Assembly (NCBI GenBank): GCA_041661505.1
Contig: JBAZUF010000007.1
Location: forward strand, 1 to 50,936
DNA length: 50,936 nt
Direction of reading: 5' to 3'
DNA from: Patescibacteria group bacterium
GTDB taxonomy: Bacteria > Patescibacteriota > Patescibacteriia > Patescibacteriales > JBAZCA01
The notes under the pieces are model-generated. The model was not told where the DNA came from. It was given only the letters and a program-made list of their open reading frames with translations, and ran no database searches. Below, piece after piece: positions 44,643 through 50,936 of this stretch (positions within the stretch are counted from its first letter, which is position 1; every line of letters begins with the position of its first letter). A program made the translations under genes and the position numbers.

Positions 44643-45083
44643 TTAATTCGATTGGGGTTTCGCGGCCTTTGTTCCGTTGACAACATTGTCGTGGAACAAT
44701 TGCCTTACGGCATCGACTATCTCAAAGGGTTTATTGTCAATAACCTTTGTCAAGCCGGCCCAAATGAGACCAGCTTCCTCTTCAGCGTCAACTTCGGCGA
44801 CGGCGAATATCGGAATTTCTATCCGCGCCTTTCGCCAACGGGAGATAATTTGGTGGCACAGTCTAAAACTTCCGGGCCCGCGTCCGTACCACCCGGACAC
44901 TTCCGGATTGATCAAGGCCAGATCGTAGTCCCCCAGCCTGTCTTCAGCTTTCAAGAGCTCTGCTTCATTGCCCGCAAAGCGATCAATTATGTAGCCGGTT
45001 CGGGCGTTAATAAACAAATTCAAGACCGCCGAGGCGGTCTTATCCGAAAGGCCAAAAAATGCAATCCTTTTTCTTGAAGTCAT
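44643..45083 (-). CDS. CheY-like pseudo-receiver protein, 146 aa; paralogue of 44193-44612
   Basis: LALINPEV has Asn at the phospho-acceptor position. IPIFAVAEV and a KPF motif are present. Confidence 0.55.
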   Translation of the reverse strand: MTSRKRIAFFGLSDKTASAVLNLFINARTGYIIDRFAGNEAELLKAEDRLGDYDLALINPEVSGWYGRGPGSFRLCHQIISRWRKARIEIPIFAVAEVDAEEEAGLIWAGLTKVIDNKPFEIVDAVRQLFHDNVVNGTKAAKPQSN

Positions 45084-45114
45084 TTTTCCCTCCTAGAAAA
45101 AAATTTCAGAAAGG

Positions 45115-45642
45115 CTACGGGATACACTTCTCGAAAATCCTGATCAGCGCGTCAGTGCCAGGGTATTTAGCGCTCACGCGAAGATGAAGCATTTCCCCTT
45201 GTCTCTGCGAGTGGTGTACCGTGAGGGGCGTCAGTTCGAACCCGCAAGCCCGGGCTCTTTCCTGGGTAAAACTGCCTTCTCCGCCGCTTCGGATATTCTC
45301 CAGAATGGCCTTATGAAAGCCAATTCTGTGAAGAAGAGTATTGAGGGCCGAAACCCTCATTTCCGGAGCCCAGACCGTGCGGAAACCTTGGCCTGGAAAA
45401 AGAAAATCATAATTCGTCCAGAAGTGCTGATTAGCGCCGGGATTGCGTCCGCAAATCCTGATTATGCGTGTATTAGGTTTTGCGGACGGTAATTTTATTC
45501 CCGCCTCCGCCACCCCGTGAGCATCCAGAACGATTCCCAGAATGGCCGGAATCGTTATCGGAAAAACACGGCTCGGCGATTGCGGGACAAAAACCACTGA
45601 ACCGGGGGCCAACTGTAGATGCGCATCTGCCTTTTCTTTCAT
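45115..45642 (-). CDS. hypothetical protein (175 aa from the ATG at 45642), first gene of the cassette
   Basis: GC-rich ORF with an AGGAAA-like RBS. The longer ORF to 45759 would overlap prmC. No confident motif. Confidence 0.5.
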   Translation of the reverse strand: MKEKADAHLQLAPGSVVFVPQSPSRVFPITIPAILGIVLDAHGVAEAGIKLPSAKPNTRIIRICGRNPGANQHFWTNYDFLFPGQGFRTVWAPEMRVSALNTLLHRIGFHKAILENIRSGGEGSFTQERARACGFELTPLTVHHSQRQGEMLHLRVSAKYPGTDALIRIFEKCIP

Positions 45643-45676
45643 CTCTTTTCCTTTCAATTCAATAACGTTGCGTTTA

Positions 45677-45697
45677 GCCCGAGAGCTATTCTCGGGC
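45677..45697. promoter_or_regulatory. perfect 8-bp-arm inverted repeat in the 75-bp divergent region between the cassette and prmC
   Basis: GCCCGAGA-gctat-TCTCGGGC, with no flanking U-tract. Confidence 0.4.
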
Positions 45698-45717
45698 GCT
45701 CCAGATAAACCTACACT

Positions 45718-46650
45718 ATGCGTATAGATAAAAAAACAAAATTTATAATATATTTTCAAAGGACAAAAAAACTGCCCCCTTTTGAGCTGGAGCTAATACT
45801 AGCACATCTCTTGAAAAAATCAAGGGAATATGTTTTAACTCATCCGGAAATTAAGCTTAGCCCGACCCAGCTTAAAAGGCTTGATGCCATGCTAAAACGC
45901 CGCGAAAAAGGGGAGTCCTTGGCGTATATTTTAGGGCATAAAGAGTTTTATGGTTTTGATTTCATAGTTAATAAACACACGCTAGTTCCCCGCCCGGAAA
46001 CCGAACTAATAGTAGACGAAGTTTTGGAATTGGCCAAAGAAAAAAATATCCATGGCAATAAAAAATTCGCCATCATTGACGTTGGCACCGGCTCGGGATG
46101 CATTATTATTTCTCTGGCTAAAATGCTAATGGAAAAAAACAAGACCGCGGACATTCAATTTTTTGCCGCCGACATTTCAAAACTAGCTTTGAACATTGCG
46201 AAAAAGAACGCGAAGCATAATAATGTAGCAAATAAAATAAAATTTTATCACGGAAATTTGCTCGAACCGATAATTAAACTAAAATCCAATCACAATCACC
46301 TAAGCCAAAATCAAAAGATAATCATCACTGCCAATCTTCCCTACTTAACTCCGAAGCAGATTAAGACTTCGCCTTCAATAAAACATGAACCGCGATTGGC
46401 GCTTGAGGCCGGAATTGACGGGTTAAAATATTACCGGGAATTATTTCAGCAACTAAGGAGCATGTTAACAGTGAACGGCATTCAAGCTCGAGCTTCTGTC
46501 CATGTTTTCTGTGAAATCGACCCGGGCCAAAAAATATCTATCCAGCGCCTGGCAAAAAAAATTCTGCCATCCGCCCAAGTCCAAATAAAAAAAGACCTGC
46601 GCGGACATAGCCGGCTGGCCGTAATTAAACTAGGCGATTTTACTAAATAA
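45718..46650 (+). CDS. prmC: release factor glutamine N5-methyltransferase (PrmC/HemK)
   Basis: IDVGTGSGCI (motif I), an NLPY variant of NPPY (ITANLPYL) and HEPRLALEAG. Confidence 0.88.
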   Translation: MRIDKKTKFIIYFQRTKKLPPFELELILAHLLKKSREYVLTHPEIKLSPTQLKRLDAMLKRREKGESLAYILGHKEFYGFDFIVNKHTLVPRPETELIVDEVLELAKEKNIHGNKKFAIIDVGTGSGCIIISLAKMLMEKNKTADIQFFAADISKLALNIAKKNAKHNNVANKIKFYHGNLLEPIIKLKSNHNHLSQNQKIIITANLPYLTPKQIKTSPSIKHEPRLALEAGIDGLKYYRELFQQLRSMLTVNGIQARASVHVFCEIDPGQKISIQRLAKKILPSAQVQIKKDLRGHSRLAVIKLGDFTK

Positions 46651-46689
46651 ACCTTCTTTTACGCATCCTCATCACCTCCTATCAAGTCT

Positions 46690-47196
46690 TTAGTCATAGC
46701 CTTGCAGAGTATAGCCGTAGGGAGCCTGCTTGGTCCAGTCAAAGCTATTGCATTTTCCCATGCCCCGGCCGTCAATTTGGGTTTCAAAATTTATAATCTG
46801 GAGGATGTAAAAAGGCTTTGAACAGCCAAAGACTCCGGCCGGATATTTTTTATAGCGGTAAAAAAACTTATCATTATTCAAGGGGTCGCGCACTTCCCGG
46901 TCAATTAAATTCTCCTCTTTTAAGACCGCCAAAAAATCATCTGCCTTTCCGCCAGCCGCGTAGCTTACGTCCCAGCCCTGTACGTCATCCTTTGATTCCG
47001 GATAAAATCCGTGCTTATCGTGGTAGATATCGAGCGCCAGCAGTAAAACCTGCAGGTCGGCTTTTCTTTTTACGTCCCGGGACTTTTCCCGGGAATTATT
47101 AAACGCGAAAAATGAAAAAACCGTCAAACAGATTATGAAGACGATTACAACCATCCTTTGCAGATCAAAATTATTCAAATTTACCCTCTCAAGCAT
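46690..47196 (-). CDS. membrane-anchored pilin-like (GspG/type IV pilin-fold) protein lacking a canonical prepilin cleavage motif
   Basis: Hydrophobic N-terminal helix followed by SRDVKRKADLQVLLLALDIYHDKHGFYP, the pattern that follows the N-terminal helix in many pilins. No G-F-T-L-I-E is present. Confidence 0.5.
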   Translation of the reverse strand: MLERVNLNNFDLQRMVVIVFIICLTVFSFFAFNNSREKSRDVKRKADLQVLLLALDIYHDKHGFYPESKDDVQGWDVSYAAGGKADDFLAVLKEENLIDREVRDPLNNDKFFYRYKKYPAGVFGCSKPFYILQIINFETQIDGRGMGKCNSFDWTKQAPYGYTLQGYD

Positions 47197-47259
47197 AATT
47201 ATTTAGGGGTTTCTTTCCTGTAATTATACCAGAGGCCGCGCAAACAGCCAACTTACAAA

Positions 47260-48420
47260 CTAAGAATTTTTGGTTAGAACTTCTAAATATCTTTTGGCGG
47301 CAATTTCCCAGCTAAAGCCCGCCGCTTTTTTAAGCCCTTTCTCAATAAGCTCCTCCCTAAGCCCCTGGTTGTTTAAGGCGTTTTTAATGGCTTCAACTAG
47401 ATCACTTGAATTATAGGGGTCAACTAAGAGCCCGGCGTCTCCGGCGATCTCCGGCAGGCTGGAGCAAAAGCTCGTGATTACCGGCACTCCGCAAGCCATA
47501 GCTTCCAACGGCGGAAAGCCGATTCCTTCGTAAAAAGAAGGGAAGACGAAGAGGGAAGCGAGATTGTAAAGATAAACCTTGTCCCCTTCCGGAACGTAGC
47601 CGAGAAAGCTTATGTCTTTTTTAAATTCCGCCCTTTTGTATTCCTTAAATATCCCCTTGGCTTTCCAGCCAATTCCCCCGGCGATAATGAGCTGGTATTC
47701 CCCGATTTCCCCGCGTTTTCTTAAGGCGTCGTAAGCGCGGATTATCCCTTCGATGTTTTTTCTCGGTTCAAGCGTACCTAAAAAAAGGATAAACTTTTCC
47801 GGCAAGGCGTACTTTTCTTTTATTTTTTCGAGCCCAACGTCAGCCTTTGGAAGCACGCGGTATTCTCTTTCTAGCCCGGGATATATAACTTTAACCTTTT
47901 CTCCCGGGACTTCGCACAATTCCATTATATCGCGCTTTGTGCTTTCGCTGACGGCCGCGATTACGTCAAAATTTTTTACTAGCTCTTTAACGTTGATGAA
48001 GTAATGCCAAATCCTTTTTCGCCAGGAAAAAAATTCCTTATAGCGCATAAATGATAAATCGTGGATTACTAAAACTCGCTTGCCCTGCCCGGCTGGCCGC
48101 TTTTTAAAATCCGACAAACCGATAAAATTAATATGAGGCATCAGGAAGGCCTTGGCTTCAAGCTTTATATCAATTTTCGGCCAGCTAAAAATTTTAAACA
48201 GGATATAGTTTAATACTTTATTCGGATAGCGGCCGCGAACCGTCAGACTATTGCCTTCGGCGAATTCCGGCATTTTAACATCTTTGAACGAATTATAATA
48301 AAGCCGGTATTTATTATCTGCATCGATTTTAAAAAGTTCCTGAAGTAAATTAAAATTATGAAGAGAAACTCCGCTCGGCCGCTCATCCATTAGTGTTCTT
48401 ATATCAATTCCGATTTTCAT
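47260..48420 (-). CDS. glycosyltransferase family 4 (GT-B fold)
   Basis: FPSFYEGIGFPPLEAMACGVPVITS. Confidence 0.8.
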   Translation of the reverse strand: MKIGIDIRTLMDERPSGVSLHNFNLLQELFKIDADNKYRLYYNSFKDVKMPEFAEGNSLTVRGRYPNKVLNYILFKIFSWPKIDIKLEAKAFLMPHINFIGLSDFKKRPAGQGKRVLVIHDLSFMRYKEFFSWRKRIWHYFINVKELVKNFDVIAAVSESTKRDIMELCEVPGEKVKVIYPGLEREYRVLPKADVGLEKIKEKYALPEKFILFLGTLEPRKNIEGIIRAYDALRKRGEIGEYQLIIAGGIGWKAKGIFKEYKRAEFKKDISFLGYVPEGDKVYLYNLASLFVFPSFYEGIGFPPLEAMACGVPVITSFCSSLPEIAGDAGLLVDPYNSSDLVEAIKNALNNQGLREELIEKGLKKAAGFSWEIAAKRYLEVLTKNS

Positions 48421-48435
48421 ATTTTTATCCCCGCT

Positions 48436-49626
48436 TTATTTTGCCGTTTCCCTAAACTTTTCTAAAAAAATCCCGGTCGCTTCCCTTCTTGAAATAAAAA
48501 CTTCTTTTACAAGTTTTTCCGGGCTTACCCACTTCCAGGCCGAATGGTCCCAATAGTTGATTTTAATGTCAGAGTCAGAGCCGATAAATTCGGCTACTGC
48601 CAGGCTTTGCGATTGGCCTTTATGTCCGCGATGCTTCTGGGACATTAAAGCATATTCCTTTGGCTCTTCTTTCCGTTGGCCGAATTTATAGCGATAAATA
48701 TTTTTATAGATTTTATTTACTTTGAATTTTTCCGAACCCAGCTCTTCATAAAGCTCTTTTAAGGCCGCATTTTCTATCTTCATATTATCTATCCCGCCCT
48801 GGGGCAATTGCCAATGCCCGGGTTCTCCGGTCCTTTCTACTATTATTATCTTATAACCGCCATTTTCTTTTTTATAAGCCAGGCAAGCAACATTAGGCCG
48901 GTAGCGGAACGGATTAACAAATCTCCAGACAATGAACCTGAAAGGAAAAACGATTACGGCATTAATTATTCTTCTAAACCGCGCTTTCGGCTCGATTGCG
49001 AGCCGCCAAAGCCATTCCAGGCCCAAGAGGCGCATAATTTTCGGCGCCCTTTTTATTTTTCCGGTTAAAAAATCCAAAGCGCCGCCAACGCCGATTGCCA
49101 GCCTGGCGTTTTTCCAATTTTTTAGGTGGTGGTAAATTAATTTTTCCTGGAACGGCGCGCCGAGATTGGTAAAAATAATTTCGCCGGACGCTTCCTTGTC
49201 CATTTTATTATGATCGCGGTTTACGGTTATCACTTCAAACGCCAGCTTTCCATAGCGGTCCTTTAAGGTTTTTTCGATATCATTATTTTTGGATAAGGAT
49301 TTTTCCCAGTTCAGGATGGAAACCTTTAATTTTTTTTCTTCCGCCAGCTTAAATACATCTTTAACCAAATCGGCGCCGGTAATTCTTTTAATATTTTTTC
49401 CCATCGCCCAGGCCGCGAAAACCAAACCCACGCCGTCAGCCAAAGCTAAATCGGCCCGGTTAAGGATGTAATAGAATTCTTCGTCTTTGGCGGCGGCTAA
49501 CAGCATCTCGGGATTAACGGTAACAACCAAATGCTTGCGGCCATCCTCTAATAATCCGCCGATTGTTTTTGCCGCATCGCCGGTTAACTTGGAAATGTTT
49601 ACTCCCAAAATTTTAATCTTTTCCAT
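48436..49626 (-). CDS. fusion protein with an N-terminal WecB/TagA/CpsF-family glycosyltransferase and a C-terminal Nudix-like hydrolase domain
   Basis: The TagA-like part reads ILGVNI...VVTVNPEML...ADLALADGVGLV...GAPFQEKLI...IGVGGALDFLTGKIKRAPKIMRLLGLEWLWRL. The Nudix-like part reads HWQLPQGGID....ENAALKELYEELG. Confidence 0.75.
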   Translation of the reverse strand: MEKIKILGVNISKLTGDAAKTIGGLLEDGRKHLVVTVNPEMLLAAAKDEEFYYILNRADLALADGVGLVFAAWAMGKNIKRITGADLVKDVFKLAEEKKLKVSILNWEKSLSKNNDIEKTLKDRYGKLAFEVITVNRDHNKMDKEASGEIIFTNLGAPFQEKLIYHHLKNWKNARLAIGVGGALDFLTGKIKRAPKIMRLLGLEWLWRLAIEPKARFRRIINAVIVFPFRFIVWRFVNPFRYRPNVACLAYKKENGGYKIIIVERTGEPGHWQLPQGGIDNMKIENAALKELYEELGSEKFKVNKIYKNIYRYKFGQRKEEPKEYALMSQKHRGHKGQSQSLAVAEFIGSDSDIKINYWDHSAWKWVSPEKLVKEVFISRREATGIFLEKFRETAK

Positions 49627-49887
49627 AGGCCAAATAAAAGAATTTAGGCGTCCTAAAGCGTTTTTAGGCGGATAAAAGCGATAAAAAGGCTTTTTGATTT
49701 AATATTAGGCATATTTTCATTATAATACATCTTTTTATTTTTTTCAATTTTCCTTTCCAAATCCGGGTTTTTTTGCTAAATTATAGACAGGCAATCCAGG
49801 TTTATTTTTTGAAAATCTTGAGCCTTAAAATGATGAGAAAGGACGGGGCTTTTCTTGCGTCTTAAATGACGCGGGATAATATAGGAA

Positions 49888-49916
49888 TTGACAGCCTAAA
49901 GAAACCTTTGATAATA
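49888..49916 (+). promoter_or_regulatory. sigma70-type promoter P2 upstream of clpB
   Basis: TTGACA-17 nt-ATAATA. Confidence 0.45.
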
Positions 49917-49917
49917 C

Positions 49918-49946
49918 TTGACATCGAGTTTAAAAATAGATATATT
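49918..49946 (+). promoter_or_regulatory. sigma70-type promoter P1 upstream of clpB
   Basis: TTGACA-17 nt-TATATT, immediately followed by the CIRCE element. Confidence 0.6.
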
Positions 49947-49948
49947 AA

Positions 49949-49975
49949 TTAGCAGTCTAACTTAGAGAGTGCTAA
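49949..49975 (+). promoter_or_regulatory. CIRCE operator (HrcA binding site)
   Basis: TTAGCAGTC-N9-GAGTGCTAA against the consensus TTAGCACTC-N9-GAGTGCTAA, one mismatch. Confidence 0.8.
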
Positions 49976-50056
49976 AACAGTAAGCTTAATCAAAAATCTT
50001 AATTTCCGCGTAATAATAAATAGATTCGGATAAATTATAATAACTAACCAAATACT

Positions 50057-50936
50057 ATGTTTGATAAATTTACCCACAAATCCCAGGAAGCCATAATAAG
50101 CGCCCAGACTATAGCCCAGGAAAACGGCCAGCAATATATTGAGGCTTTGCACCTGCTCTCCGCCCTCCTGGAGCAGACTGACAGCATTATTATCCCGATT
50201 TTAGAAAAGCTCCAAATTTCCGTCCAGGACGCAATCTCGGATGTTGACCGGGAATTGGACCGCCTGCCCAAAGTAAGGGTGGCCGGAAAAATCGGCATGG
50301 TCCAGGGAACTTCGGAAGTCGCGTTAGTTTTAGACCGGGCTAAAAAAGAAGCCGACCAGATAAAAGACGAATATATTTCGACCGAGCACTTATTTTTGTC
50401 TTTAATCGGCGTCAAGTCTTTAGCCCAGGATATTTTACTGCGCCACGGCATTGAATATGAAAAAGTATTGAAGGTTTTGTCCGAGCTTCGGGGGTCGGCG
50501 CGTATCAGCGACCCGGAGCCGGAATCGAAATTCCAGGTTTTGGAAAAATACACCAATAATTTAACTAAGCTCGCCCGCGAAAAAAAGCTTGATCCGGTAA
50601 TCGGGCGCGATAACGAGATAAGGAGGATAATGCAGGTTCTGTCCCGGCGGACTAAAAATAACCCGGTTTTGATCGGCGAAGCCGGAACCGGAAAAACCGC
50701 GATTGTTGAAGGGCTGGCCCAGCGCATTGTCGAAGGCGATGTTCCGGAAACCATTAAGAACAAAGAAATTCTAAGCCTGGATTTAGGCTCGCTTTTGGCC
50801 GGATCGAAATTCCGGGGAGAATTTGAAGAGCGTTTAAAGGCGGTAATTAAAGAAGTGAAATCCCAGGAGGGCCGGGTAATCTTATTTATCGACGAACTGC
50901 ATACTTTAGTCGGCGCCGGGGCCTCGGAAGGGGCGA
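50057..50936 (+). CDS. clpB: ATP-dependent chaperone ClpB, 5' part; the gene runs off the window end
   Basis: Own translation from the ATG at 50057 gives [17 protein letters not shown]...[47 protein letters not shown]..., that is, a Clp N-domain plus NBD1 Walker A. It is absent from the ORF track because no stop is reached. Confidence 0.92.
   Translation, partial: MFDKFTHKSQEAIISAQTIAQENGQQYIEALHLLSALLEQTDSIIIPILEKLQISVQDAISDVDRELDRLPKVRVAGKIGMVQGTSEVALVLDRAKKEADQIKDEYISTEHLFLSLIGVKSLAQDILLRHGIEYEKVLKVLSELRGSARISDPEPESKFQVLEKYTNNLTKLAREKKLDPVIGRDNEIRRIMQVLSRRTKNNPVLIGEAGTGKTAIVEGLAQRIVEGDVPETIKNKEILSLDLGSLLAGSKFRGEFEERLKAVIKEVKSQEGRVILFIDELHTLVGAGASEGA

Noticed and set aside
50044-50763. The ORF track lists a 239-aa minus-strand ORF.
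   Set aside because: The plus strand from the ATG at 50057 translates to an unmistakable ClpB N-terminus and NBD1 Walker A. The minus-strand ORF is its antisense shadow, and clpB was missing from the track only because it has no stop within the window.

Overview
This 50.9-kb window is AT-rich overall, roughly 40% GC by eye, and densely coding. It holds 45 protein genes and one tRNA. From position 1 to about 41.4 kb, 32 of 34 CDS and the tRNA lie on the minus strand. The gene content points to a reduced-genome, Patescibacteria/CPR-like (Parcubacteria-type) bacterium; this assignment is an inference. The supporting genes are Wzy_C (O-antigen-ligase-like)/TPR fusions, a membrane-anchored TraD/VirD4-like ATPase, an anti-sigma-like membrane protein beside a sigma-70-family factor, a pilin-like protein, many GT4 glycosyltransferases and large secreted proteins. 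Almost no biosynthetic genes are present. Housekeeping genes recognised from motifs are lexA, idi, tRNA-Gln(CUG), dnaX, thrC, hpf, a histidine kinase/response regulator pair, plsC, rpmE, prfA, prmC and a 5' fragment of clpB. Positions 24-41 kb form a cell-envelope island. It contains two Wzy_C/TPR paralogues, a CARDB/Fn3 protein, a trypsin-like protease, creD, an M23 peptidase, a 1232-aa Thr/Ala/Ser/Gly-rich surface (S-layer-like) protein, and an ECF sigma/anti-sigma pair. The observations most worth follow-up are listed here. (1) A GC-rich three-gene cassette on the opposite strand, with its own UUCG-tetraloop terminator, is wedged between prfA and prmC; it encodes two paralogous degenerate CheY-like proteins plus one unknown. 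(2) Two divergent promoters for lexA and an 81-aa orphan each carry a GAAC-N7-GAAC-type SOS box in the -35/-10 spacer. (3) Strictly 7-nt-periodic AATT arrays sharing a 17/18-identical 18-mer lie just upstream of lexA and hpf. (4) A roughly 53-aa module occurs four times in two secreted proteins. (5) A long hairpin-rich leader precedes the surface-protein gene. (6) A cluster of DnaA-box-like and inverted-repeat motifs sits at the strand-switch point near 42 kb. (7) A TagA-Nudix fusion is present. (8) A CIRCE operator lies upstream of clpB. (9) Small GC-rich islets, a glycine-zipper lipoprotein gene and thrC, look foreign. No CRISPR array, rRNA, transposase or integrase was seen. All family assignments come from motif recognition by eye, and no database search was run.
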